NCBI GenBank assembly: GCA_019828565.1
Contig: JAHDYR010000069.1
Location: 310,001 to 374,000 of the forward strand
Source of the DNA: Carpediemonas membranifera BICM
Taxonomy: Eukaryota > Protista > Fornicata
Direction of reading: 5' to 3'
Length of the DNA: 64,000 nucleotides
The notes beneath the pieces are model-generated. The model saw only the letters and a program-made list of their open reading frames with translations. It did no database searches and was not told the origin of the DNA. Numbering within the stretch: the first letter of the stretch is position 1; the number at the start of each line of letters is the position of its first letter. Positions 21,068 to 30,588 of the stretch are shown one piece after another. The position numbers and the translations under genes were made by a program.

Positions 21068-21733
21068 TCACCCCGCGACCATGTTCGGGTCGGCCACTTC
21101 CATCACCGTCAGCTGGCACGGTTCACCACCTCTTGCTGTCACAGTGAACTCAGCATACGGTTGGATCTGGCAGCTGTCGGTTGGATGGTCCAGGTCGAAC
21201 ACGGCTCTCTCTCTCTTAGGCCCATGAGTCGAGTGCGTTTCGACTGTGGCTCGGCCATGGTTGAGGGTGAGGTTGATGAACCTCGGCTCAGTGTTGTCTG
21301 CCCCGCCTACTGCGCTGTCTTCGTATACTACGTCGGCGTCTTCCGTGGAGGGCTGGACAACAAGGATGAAAGTCTTGAACAGTTCGAGTTCGTGCGGTAT
21401 TTCAGTGTAGCTGACACCGTGGGAGTCGCTAATGGACTCAAAGAGGAGCTGCTGGCTGTCGGCGGGCATGCCGTCTCTGCATTGACTGTGGCGGGGCATG
21501 TGCGGAGAACCCGATGACTTTCCGAGGCTATTTGACGACTGGATTTCTTCAGATGATACTCTCTTTGTCTTTCGTTGCCTAATTTGTGGCGTATTTGGCT
21601 TTGGGACCACGCCAACTACAACGCCGTCCGTGCCGTAAACAAAGCGACGCCTGCCTGCTACAGTCTCTCCAGCCAGTCTGTCTATCTTTTTGATGCGCTT
21701 GGATCGTCGTGTAGATGCAGTATTATTTGCCAT
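21068..21733 (-). CDS. Hypothetical protein, possible CENP-C/Mif2-like (basic motif plus C-terminal cupin-like fold)
   Basis: ATG 21733. N-terminal RRSKRIKKIDRLAGETV..RFVYG and C-terminal beta-rich LNHGRATV...DSCQIQPYAEFTVTARGGEPCQLTV. Confidence 0.5.
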   Translation of the reverse strand: MANNTASTRRSKRIKKIDRLAGETVAGRRRFVYGTDGVVVGVVPKPNTPQIRQRKTKRVSSEEIQSSNSLGKSSGSPHMPRHSQCRDGMPADSQQLLFESISDSHGVSYTEIPHELELFKTFILVVQPSTEDADVVYEDSAVGGADNTEPRFINLTLNHGRATVETHSTHGPKRERAVFDLDHPTDSCQIQPYAEFTVTARGGEPCQLTVMEVADPNMVAG

Positions 21734-21784
21734 TAGGCGAAAAACACGCCAACAAGTTCTGTCATAAACTGCGAATAAGGCGAC

Positions 21785-21846
21785 TGAGGTTTCGATACAA
21801 CAAGAGTCTGTTTTACTGCTTGCACTGTGCACTCTATGATACTTCA
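21785..21846. mobile_element. 62-bp TG...CA mini-element (family A, copy 1) with 5-bp TSD GCGAC
   Basis: Near-identical to 49521-49583. Flanked by GCGAC at 21780-21784 and 21847-21851; imperfect terminal inverted repeat TGAGGTTTC / TGAAGTATC. Confidence 0.85.
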
Positions 21847-21927
21847 GCGACGAAAATTGTGCCGACACGGGCACAACCATGCTCTCTTTCCAGGCCATGC
21901 CGTCATAAACCTTGTTTATTATCATCA

Positions 21928-23241
21928 TCAGGGCATGAGGTTGCGCTTGCGGGCCTCAGCGGTGAGGTTGGCGCGATCGTCGGGGTGGGCGATAGCAATC
22001 AGGGCCTTAGCGCGTTCCTCGAGGGACTTGCCCCAGAGCTTGGCGATGCCGTACTCGGTTACGACGTAGTCGATGTCGTAGCGGCCGGTGACGACGCCAG
22101 CGCCCTGCTTGATCCAGGGGACGATGCGGGCCGCGCCCTTCTTGGTGCGGGAGGGCAGGGCGATGATGGGCTTGCCGCCCTCGGACATGGCGGCGCCGCG
22201 CATGAAGTCGAGCTGGCCTCCAACGCCAGAGTGGATACGGGTGCCGATCGAGTCGGCGACAGATTGTCCAGTGAGGTCAACCTCGATGGCTCCGTTGACG
22301 GCGATGACCTTGGGGTTCTGGGCGATGACTCTCGGGTCGTTGGTCCAGTCGACGTTCATCATCATGAGGCCGGGGTGGTCGTTGATCGTCTCGAACAGGC
22401 GGGCCGAGCCGAGGGCGAAGGAGGCGACCATGCGGTTGGGCATGACGGCCTTCTTGGCGTTGTTGATGACGCCCTTCTGCATGAGGTCGACGACGCCCTC
22501 GCTGAGCATCTCAGTGTGGACGCCGAGGTCCTTGTGGCTGGTCAGGAAGCCCATGACAGCGTCAGGGACACCACCGAAGCCGATCTGGAGGGTAGAGCCG
22601 TCCTCGATAAGAGAGGCTACGTTCTTGCCGATAGTCTGCTCAATCTCGCCGCCGGCGCGGGAGGCGTTGCAGTGGAGGGGCATCGCCTCCTCGCAGAGGA
22701 CGTCAACCTCGTCCATGTGGACCGTGGCGTCGCCGAAGGTGCGGGGGAAGTTGGGGTTGATCATGCCGATGACGTGGCGGGAGTGATCCATGGCGACCTT
22801 CGTGGCGATGACGTTCGAGCCGAGGGACATGAAGCCGTGGCGATCGGGCGGGGAGCACTGGATGATGGTCGTGTCGACGGGGAAGTCCTTGCTGCGGATG
22901 AGCTTGGGGATCTGGTGGAGCATGATGGGCGTCATGGTCGCGTGGGGCTGGTTCACCTCGTTGCGGACGTTGTGGGCGACGAACTCGGCGTTCATCTTGA
23001 AGCTCTTGGAGAACTCCTTCTTGGCGTAGTCCGCAGAGCCCTCAGTGTGAACGTGGCACACCTCAACGTTGGAGAGGCTCTCGTGGCGACGAACCATGGC
23101 CTCAACGAGAGGAGTGGGTGTCGCAGAGGTGCCGTGAAGCCAAACACGGGTGTTGGAACGGATTCCCTTGACGGCGGAATCGACAGAGACAAGTTTGGGA
23201 GCCATTGCGATGGAGAAGAACTTCCGTGACTGCGCACGCAT
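21928..23241 (-). CDS. Acetyl-CoA hydrolase/transferase (acetate:succinate CoA-transferase, 4-hydroxybutyrate CoA-transferase-like)
   Basis: SPPDRHGFMSLG, STLQIGFGGVPDAV, DLGVHTEM (catalytic Glu), IEVDLTGQ, SGVGGQLDF, YVVTEYG. Start at 23205 or 23241, or 23317 with an intron. Confidence 0.93.
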   Translation of the reverse strand: MRAQSRKFFSIAMAPKLVSVDSAVKGIRSNTRVWLHGTSATPTPLVEAMVRRHESLSNVEVCHVHTEGSADYAKKEFSKSFKMNAEFVAHNVRNEVNQPHATMTPIMLHQIPKLIRSKDFPVDTTIIQCSPPDRHGFMSLGSNVIATKVAMDHSRHVIGMINPNFPRTFGDATVHMDEVDVLCEEAMPLHCNASRAGGEIEQTIGKNVASLIEDGSTLQIGFGGVPDAVMGFLTSHKDLGVHTEMLSEGVVDLMQKGVINNAKKAVMPNRMVASFALGSARLFETINDHPGLMMMNVDWTNDPRVIAQNPKVIAVNGAIEVDLTGQSVADSIGTRIHSGVGGQLDFMRGAAMSEGGKPIIALPSRTKKGAARIVPWIKQGAGVVTGRYDIDYVVTEYGIAKLWGKSLEERAKALIAIAHPDDRANLTAEARKRNLMP

Positions 23242-23381
23242 CCCAGGATCCAGATACGCATGAAGATCCAGAGCAGATCTTGACTCCCGCGGACCAAGAA
23301 GCAGCCACAACCACCATGTATTTTCTTACCCAGCTCTCGACTCACTCATATCTCAATCAAATTCATTCAAATCTTTACTAC

Positions 23382-26300
23382 TCACTCGCGCACCGAGTAA
23401 TCGCTCCAAAAGGCATCGCCCGTGAGCATAGAGCCCACAGTCTCGTTGGTCTCGGCCACCGTGTGGAGCACGCCCAGTCCAGCAAAGGCAGGCGGGTTAG
23501 CATCCTTGGAAGCAGCCTTCTTCGGAGCAGGAGCAGAGACACTCACGCTGTCAGCGCTCATCTGGCTGGAGCTCAGAGAGAGCGAGCCGGAGCCGTCGAA
23601 GCTGGCGTCATCTGTGGCGGCGAGACTGGCGTCACTGATCACAGAGAAGTGGACAGAAGCGAGTGCCGGGTCCATGTCCGGATCGGGCATGCTTCCAGGG
23701 TCCATGGCGATAGTCTCGAGCCGTTTGACGATCTCAGCAAATGTGGGGCGAGTCGTCGGGTGGTGTGCCCAGCACTTGGTCATGAGCTCAGCCATCCAGC
23801 CAGGGATAGCCTCGGGTACTGCGGGCCTCTTCCTACCCTTGACATGGCGAGCGATCTCGTACATGCCCATGCCGGTGTACGGGAAGGTACGGGTGGCGAG
23901 CTCCCAGAGCAGGATGCCGAAGGAGTAGACGTCGGCCATCTCAGTAAACGGCTCGAGGAGGAAGACCTCGGGGGCCGTCCAGGGCGGTGAGCAGTGGAGA
24001 CGACCGTCAGTTGTCTGGTGACCGTTTCCGAAGCCCGTGACCTTACTCAGGCCAAAGTCTGCGATCTTGGCGCGCCCGTTGACCATGAGTACGTTCAGAC
24101 TCTTCAGATCCCTGTGCTGCACCCCATTAGCGTATATGAACGCCATGCCCTCGGCCACGTCCTTGGCGATGGCCAGCCTGGTCTCCCACCGCAGGGGCTG
24201 GTGGTTCCTGAGAATGTTGGTCAGGCTCTGCTCGGCAAACTGCATGGCGATGAGTATGGTGTCTGCTGTCTGGGCGACTCCGTAGAGTTGGATCACAGAG
24301 TCGTGGCGGAGCTTGGAGTGCACTTTAAGCTCACGGAGAATCATCTGACGGTGCTTGTCGTCGACTCCGCCGACAGGAATAGTCTTGATCGCGGCCTTGG
24401 CGTTGTAGTACGTCCCTTCAAAGATCTCACCGAAGCCCCCCTTCGCTATGGACTTTCCCACGGCGATCGACTGGACGGGAACGAAGAAAGGGTCAGTGGG
24501 GTCAATGAGAAGCTCCCCCTCATGGGCGTCGAGCAGCTTGTTGTTGTTCGCTGGACCTAGGGCCCTGGTATTGTCTTCGTAGTCCTCCTTGGACGCCGTG
24601 TCGAGACGGAGGCGGACACTGGAGACGTCCACGTTGCGGAGGAGACGGCGACCCAGAAGTGACTGCGAGGCAGAGGTCGAGGAGGACATGGACGAGAAGT
24701 TCGAGTCGAAGGTCGACCCGTCGGTCTCATCAGTTGATGAGACACGTCGGGCGCGCTTCTTCCCGGCCTTGGCGGGGACAGGCTGCATTGGCGTGAGACC
24801 GAGAAGGGACTCGGCAAGCTGTGTGATCTGGAGCGATGACTGGGAGACCATCTCGGACCCGCCATCGGTCGTGGCGCGGGACTGGGCGATCGTGGCGTCT
24901 CTGCGGGCCTGGTCAACCCACTGGTCGCTGGCGTACTCCCTGAGCAGCTCTCTGGCGTTGAATAGCGTGTGGGCGATCGCCTTGAGGTTCTCCTCATCCC
25001 AGCAGTCATCATTTGATGAGGCCGGAGCTTCCGGGCTTCCGGCAGCGGTCTTATCCAGCAACATGTACTTGACGATGAACCTCGCCGCGTGGGACAGGAT
25101 TTCGGCCTGGCGCTTGTTCGTGCGGACATGCGGTGCGAGGACCACTACAGAAGCCGCAGCGGCGAGGATACCGCTCACGAGCTGCTCTTGACTGGACTCC
25201 CGGAAGTCAACCTGGGCGGGATCCATAGCAGCCGAAGGAATGGCGTCACTTACAGCGGGGGAGAGCTTGGCCTGTGTCCTCGGTGTGATTCCAAGGACAG
25301 AGAAGACGGCCTCAGACGAGATCTGGTCGATCGGTATGAACGGTACCTCGACGGACTCGGGCAGGCAGTCGGGCTCGCTGAACGGGGTGAATGAACGCTC
25401 TGACGACTCAAGACCTGCCGAGCTCTCGAGGTCGGCGGGGGCAGTAAGGGAGAGGCGGGTCTTGGCGCTGCGGAGGCGGGGGATGAGGAAGAGGACAGAG
25501 ACGACAGTCATGGTGATGGTCGAGGCCGCGAGGAGGCCGATGACAACCACGAGGAGGACGGAGACGGAGGTGCCGATAGAACCGACCAGGACGGTCAAGA
25601 GCCACTCGTCGGCGGGTGTGTCGCGTGTGGTTGGGACCGTACCGGAGAAAATTTCATTTCCGGCAATTTTCACGACGAGGTTGCCGGAGGATGAGGTGGC
25701 GTCGATTGTGGCGATGGCGTCGACGGTGGCAGTATCGATCTGGACTGGAACCCGAGCGCACACGGTGCCGTTGACAACGCGAGGCGTGATGCTGGTCCCG
25801 TCGAGCACGAACAAGACGCCCGTGACGCCGATAAACTCTGCGGCCGTGAGTTCAATGCAGACATCGCTGCCCTCCTCGAGCACCGAGTCCTCTGTGAGGC
25901 GAGGTGTGAACGCGCCGACCATGGCAGCGGCAGTGACGGTGGTCTCGGAGCTGAGGCATTGGATGGCAGAGTCGAGCCGGGCCGAGTCGAAGGGTAGGGT
26001 CGACCCGAGGCCGTGGACGGTCTGGGCAGTCGCGCAGACGGGTGATGTCATCCGGCTAGACATGGAGAGGCCGTCAAAGAGCGCGGTTGCCGCGGGGAAC
26101 TCGAAGTTAGAGTTGAGGGAGAGTGTCAGTGACCCGGCAGTGGAGTCGGCAAGAGTGTAGCCGATAGTCACATTAGTAGCGGCGCCCTCGACAGACAAGG
26201 GCAGCACGGGGACAAGGAAAGTCGCCGAGGACGTGGGCGAGTCGAGGACTTTGCAGGCAAAGATGTCGGTGCCGACCTTGGCGGAAGCAGAGGCCACGCC

Positions 26301-28493
26301 AACGCTGAGAACGGCCGTGTCGAAGGCAATGGCCTGGCTCAAAGTGCTGCCGACCCCGATCACGAGAGTATCCGTGACAAAAGGAGTGCACCCGACGTGA
26401 CCAAAGCCGTCGGCAGGAGTGCTGGTGCGTATGGGGCAGGCAGCGCACGTGACCTGGCCGGCAGACTCGGCATACGTGCCGTTGTCGCAGGGAGTGCATT
26501 CAGTCGCCCCATAAACGCCCGAGGCAGACCCGGCCGGGCAGGGGACCATGTTCGACGCCCCCGCGGCCGTGTAGAAGCCGGGCTCGGCGTCAAGACACAT
26601 AGAGCCAGCCACAGCAGAGTATGTACCAGCTAGGCACTCGGTGCAGGCTGAGTCACCTGCAGTGCCGGGGGAACAGGCCGTGTTGTTGATACACGTCGTC
26701 TTGTCCGAAGAGACAGAGAACCCGGCAGGACAGGCGACCTCAGTGAGTCTGGTGGGAGGGACGTAGTGGTCTGGTGATGGAGCTTGGCACATGGCGCCGG
26801 GTTGGTCAGAGAAAGTGCCAGGTTCACACGCGACACACGAGCTGCTGCCGTCACTGCCGGCGGGGCATGCTGTGTCATAGATACACGTGTAGTGGTCAGG
26901 GTCGGCGGCGTAGTCGGCGGGGCACGCCACAGCCGCGGTCCGGTCGGCCAGGGGGACGTAAAGCTCTGAGCCAGCCGTGACGCACAGTGTGCCCTCAGCG
27001 GGGGAGTACGTGCCGAGCGGGCATAGCGTGCACCGCGTGCCGTCAGTCGTCTGGTAGCCCGCGGGGCAGGAGTCGCCCACGGTCTGGGTGCAAGTGGATG
27101 CCTTGGCAGCAGAGGTGTATGGGTAAGGGCAGGCGACCTGGGCGATGTGGGATGAGTGCTCCGCGACGTAGAAGCCCGCGTTGGCAGTGATGCACTCAAC
27201 CGCCCCTAGGTCATTGGAGTAAGTCCCAGCAGGACAGACAAGGCATGTGTCAGCGTAAAAGTCGGAGTATTCGCCTCTGGCACACGGGAAGGCACAGTTG
27301 ACGCCGTCAGTGGATTTCATAGACGGCGGGCATGTGGCATTGAACGTATGGACACTGCCTGACTCAGCGATGACGTACCGCTCGAATGCCTCGAGTGAGG
27401 CAGCCATGCCCATCCCAGTCCCGCCAAAGGGCGACGGGATGGTCCAGGAGAGGTGGTATTCCCCGCCAGTGAGCGAGCTATAGACGTACGCGATACCGTC
27501 CGACTCGACGGTCGAGTTGGGGGCTCCGACTACCATAGTGTTGAAGCCATTGCTGCCATGAGCAGCGCCGAGGGTCGACCCGAAGTGGGCATAGGCTGAA
27601 GGGTTAGGGTTAGCCGCGAACAGGTGGTCTGCGCTCGCGTAGGGGCCGCTGGCGGTGTTGTCGATGATGAAGCCATGAACACAGCCGGCCTCGGGGTACC
27701 CTGCGACCGTGCAGTCGGGATCAGTGACGTAGAGATGATCGTAGTACATCGAGAGAGCAGCACCGAAGCGCTTGGCTCCCTGAGAGGCCTCGGGGATGAT
27801 CTCACGGCCGTCTGAAGGGTCAACCTGCTCTACGAAGGTCGGGCTGTAGATAAAGACCTTGGCAGCACCGGGGTTGCTGATGTAGTAGAAGCTCTGGTAA
27901 ACTACCACGCCAGTGCCGAAGCTGTCGCCCGTGTTGGCCGAGTCGGGGGCAAAGGCACTACCCACCGACCAAGCGGTAGACAGGGAGCAGACGTACACCG
28001 CGCCCGTGTCGCTGTTGCGGCCAGGAGCGCCCACAAGGATGGTGTTCCCCTCAATGGAGATAGACCAGCCAAAATGGTCGCCGGGCTGAGCGTCGGGGGC
28101 AGTGAGGAGCGTAGGATCAGTGTCAATGGCATATCCACTGCGTGTGAAGACAAAAACTGCACCGGCCTCCGAGTTATACCCGTAAGCGCCGACTGCGAGG
28201 TGCTCCGTCGTCATGTTCATGGCCTGAGGGTTAACGCCAAGATACATGCCCGTCGCGAAGCTGTCCGGCTGAAGTTTGACGACAGAAACCCACTCTTCGT
28301 TTTCCATACGGTACACATACAGAGCTCCAACGACGTCGGAGTCATCATTCGGTGCATACGGGTCGGAAACTACCAGCGAGAGCTCGTCTGAACACAGGGT
28401 CTTGCCAAACGTCGCAGAAGTGCTGTTGATAGACTTTCTACACCACACAAGTGAGAATAGTAGGCTCAGAATGAGCCAATGCAGAACTTGCAT
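23382..28493 (-). CDS. Single-pass receptor TKL kinase: signal peptide, FG-GAP repeats, Cys-rich repeats, TM, MLKL-like helical domain, kinase
   Basis: Signal MQVLHWLILSLLFSLVWC; repeated FG.S...VGAP...GAVY; C.AG.YS repeats; hydrophobic TM ~25485-25600; kinase IAKGGFG, AIK, HRDLKSLN, DFG, WTAPE, DVYSFG. Confidence 0.9.
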   Translation of the reverse strand: MQVLHWLILSLLFSLVWCRKSINSTSATFGKTLCSDELSLVVSDPYAPNDDSDVVGALYVYRMENEEWVSVVKLQPDSFATGMYLGVNPQAMNMTTEHLAVGAYGYNSEAGAVFVFTRSGYAIDTDPTLLTAPDAQPGDHFGWSISIEGNTILVGAPGRNSDTGAVYVCSLSTAWSVGSAFAPDSANTGDSFGTGVVVYQSFYYISNPGAAKVFIYSPTFVEQVDPSDGREIIPEASQGAKRFGAALSMYYDHLYVTDPDCTVAGYPEAGCVHGFIIDNTASGPYASADHLFAANPNPSAYAHFGSTLGAAHGSNGFNTMVVGAPNSTVESDGIAYVYSSLTGGEYHLSWTIPSPFGGTGMGMAASLEAFERYVIAESGSVHTFNATCPPSMKSTDGVNCAFPCARGEYSDFYADTCLVCPAGTYSNDLGAVECITANAGFYVAEHSSHIAQVACPYPYTSAAKASTCTQTVGDSCPAGYQTTDGTRCTLCPLGTYSPAEGTLCVTAGSELYVPLADRTAAVACPADYAADPDHYTCIYDTACPAGSDGSSSCVACEPGTFSDQPGAMCQAPSPDHYVPPTRLTEVACPAGFSVSSDKTTCINNTACSPGTAGDSACTECLAGTYSAVAGSMCLDAEPGFYTAAGASNMVPCPAGSASGVYGATECTPCDNGTYAESAGQVTCAACPIRTSTPADGFGHVGCTPFVTDTLVIGVGSTLSQAIAFDTAVLSVGVASASAKVGTDIFACKVLDSPTSSATFLVPVLPLSVEGAATNVTIGYTLADSTAGSLTLSLNSNFEFPAATALFDGLSMSSRMTSPVCATAQTVHGLGSTLPFDSARLDSAIQCLSSETTVTAAAMVGAFTPRLTEDSVLEEGSDVCIELTAAEFIGVTGVLFVLDGTSITPRVVNGTVCARVPVQIDTATVDAIATIDATSSSGNLVVKIAGNEIFSGTVPTTRDTPADEWLLTVLVGSIGTSVSVLLVVVIGLLAASTITMTVVSVLFLIPRLRSAKTRLSLTAPADLESSAGLESSERSFTPFSEPDCLPESVEVPFIPIDQISSEAVFSVLGITPRTQAKLSPAVSDAIPSAAMDPAQVDFRESSQEQLVSGILAAAASVVVLAPHVRTNKRQAEILSHAARFIVKYMLLDKTAAGSPEAPASSNDDCWDEENLKAIAHTLFNARELLREYASDQWVDQARRDATIAQSRATTDGGSEMVSQSSLQITQLAESLLGLTPMQPVPAKAGKKRARRVSSTDETDGSTFDSNFSSMSSSTSASQSLLGRRLLRNVDVSSVRLRLDTASKEDYEDNTRALGPANNNKLLDAHEGELLIDPTDPFFVPVQSIAVGKSIAKGGFGEIFEGTYYNAKAAIKTIPVGGVDDKHRQMILRELKVHSKLRHDSVIQLYGVAQTADTILIAMQFAEQSLTNILRNHQPLRWETRLAIAKDVAEGMAFIYANGVQHRDLKSLNVLMVNGRAKIADFGLSKVTGFGNGHQTTDGRLHCSPPWTAPEVFLLEPFTEMADVYSFGILLWELATRTFPYTGMGMYEIARHVKGRKRPAVPEAIPGWMAELMTKCWAHHPTTRPTFAEIVKRLETIAMDPGSMPDPDMDPALASVHFSVISDASLAATDDASFDGSGSLSLSSSQMSADSVSVSAPAPKKAASKDANPPAFAGLGVLHTVAETNETVGSMLTGDAFWSDYSVRE

Positions 28494-28802
28494 AGGTTGT
28501 CGAAATCTGTGGTTGGCGGAAGAAAAAGGAGAAAAAATATCCGGACGTCTGGAGGGACTGGGCGATGTGTCAGGGATGAAGTGAGGACGAGCAGTCATAG
28601 TGTAGCTAGTACAGGCCATTTCCCGCTTCTTGGGAGCCTACCTGCCAACTGTAGAAGCATTTGTCAACGTAGATTTCGTTGACATCAAGCCAACCACGAC
28701 GGTCCAAAAATTTATGATAAAGAGCGTGTAAACAGCACTAATAGACGGTGGGAAAGACATGTCCGTCAGTCCCAATGTTCAACAAAGCCGGCATGGCAAC
28801 AA

Positions 28803-29348
28803 CTAGCGCCGCTGCCTGTGTCGCCTCCGCTCGCTGCCGCGGGAATATGAATCATCGTACCTGCCCTCCTGCCTGGGTACCGTCTGGGAGTTTTGAAGCA
28901 CCGTCGCCATCATCATGGCCATGTCGTCCATCGTAAACATGGCCTGCCCCGACACAGAGGCGCGACCGGGTGTGGGGACAAGGGAGGGGGTGGCGTGGGG
29001 TATAGCCTGCTGTGACTGGGCCTGTTTTTGAAGCTCAGCGAGCTCGGTCTGCGCTTTGGCTATGTCTGCAGCGAGCGTCTCTTCTTCAGAATCGCTTTCG
29101 GGAAGCGGGCGTTCAAGTCTTTGCAGCTCAGCGGTCTTTTCTTCCAATATATTGATCAGACTGTCTATCTCTGACGAGTTTTCGGTGAGGATGGGCTGCT
29201 GAGACATCTGTAAGTATGGCGCAAGGGCTTCGTATACCTCTCCGACTTCAATAAGTTCCTCAAGCTGTTTCTTCCATTCATCTAGGTCGATGGCTCTTTT
29301 TGAATGAAGCCCTCCTTTCTTCTTTCGAATGCTTTTCGGACCACCCAT
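28803..29348 (-). CDS. Hypothetical coiled-coil protein divergent from the Fanzor locus
   Basis: 181-aa ATG ORF with basic N-terminus and heptad E/L/Q-rich middle; family not recognised. Confidence 0.55.
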   Translation of the reverse strand: MGGPKSIRKKKGGLHSKRAIDLDEWKKQLEELIEVGEVYEALAPYLQMSQQPILTENSSEIDSLINILEEKTAELQRLERPLPESDSEEETLAADIAKAQTELAELQKQAQSQQAIPHATPSLVPTPGRASVSGQAMFTMDDMAMMMATVLQNSQTVPRQEGRYDDSYSRGSERRRHRQRR

Positions 29349-30588
29349 TGGCGTCGATCAAAATTTTCGTTTGATTACTATGTGTCAACTCGGGCTGCGT
29401 TGGCATCATGTGACCTACGTATCAGAGCTTCGTTTGCACAGTTTATAATTTTCGCACTTTATGTCGCACCGCAGGCACTGGTCAGGCCTGGGTTCATGAC
29501 CATCGAGCGCGGAGTAACAGCGCTCACCCCAGCGATGAAGCGGTGCCTGCGTGTGCACGTGAATTGGTCAGCAACCAAGAATTTGACCGACGAGCAGGTG
29601 GCTGAATACGAGCGTGATCACGGCGACATCACCAAGCTCCGCAGAGTGCTCTCTGTGAAGACTGACGGGGTCTCTGTTGCTGTGACGGTTTGGGTGGGTC
29701 GCGAGAAATACCGTGGCGGTCGGGTGGCTGACCGGCCCACGTACAAAAAGGGTAGCAATAACAAGCGGGCTCGGCTCGGTCAGGATGACGCCGAGGCTAC
29801 TCCTGCCCCGGACATTCAAGCTCTCATGGGCTTCGACCCTGGTGCTCGGTCGCTGGGCGGCTACACGATCCGCCGCCCAGACGGGCAGAGTGTATCTGGC
29901 GTACTCGCTAAGTGTGGCTACACTGCCACCCCCACTTTACGCGTGAATATGAGCGCAGCATCGTTCAAAACGACAAGTCTAGAGGCTCTCAAACAGTCGA
30001 TTAGGTTTGTCCATGAGAACATCGTTCAGATCATCAACGAGGGGACGAGAAAGTGTTTCCGCCGTGCGACTTTTGCCAATCACTGTCTGCGCCTGAAGCA
30101 CTTCGCCCGGGCTGGACGTCAACTCCTGGATGATCTCGGCGGGCGCCCCCCGGAGCCCATTCACCTCGAAGTCGCGTATGGGGCTGCACTGTTCGGTTCC
30201 GCCGACACTCCCTCCTGTGCTCCGTACCGCCACTTTGCTCGAGCACTTCCTGGCATAATGCTCCGGCACAACGTCGTCGTGACTGTCACGATGGTCTCCG
30301 AATTCCGCACTTCCATCGTGTGCCCATACTGCAAAGCACACTTCAGACGTGTGGTGCACACACCGCACCATGCTCTGCCAGAATCCCGCGTGCGAGGGAG
30401 CTCCATGGCGCGTTGAACGGCTACGTCGGCATCCCGAGCAGAGAGACATACTTCTCAATCTCTCTCACCGAGATAAGAGCGCCAGCGAGAACATCCTTTG
30501 GTGCACCTTCGATGCAACTTCAGATCAGATAGAGCAATCTCCTTTCCACTACGACTCCCAGAGAGGTGCTCTTCCTCGCTATCATTAA
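29304..30588 (+). pseudogene. Fanzor (TnpB-like RuvC nuclease), frameshifted near 30350
   Basis: VKTDGVSV, RuvC-I MGFDPGAR, VAYGAA, RuvC-II VSEFRTSIVCPYC; a second frame continues MLCQNPAC...HRDKSASENI (zinc finger and RuvC-III). Start may be ATG 29496. Confidence 0.85.

Noticed and set aside
21785-21846. Duplicated snRNA/snoRNA (TTGCACT resembles the U1A loop; hairpin with internal loop)
   Set aside because: No Sm site, C/D or ACA box is conserved in both copies; copy-specific 5-bp TSDs explain it better as an insertion.
21715-23229. 504-aa + strand ORF and similar long antisense ORFs (15601-16548, 16876-17769, 41888-43015, 50041-51003)
   Set aside because: Shadow ORFs produced by strong codon bias of recognisable genes on the opposite strand.
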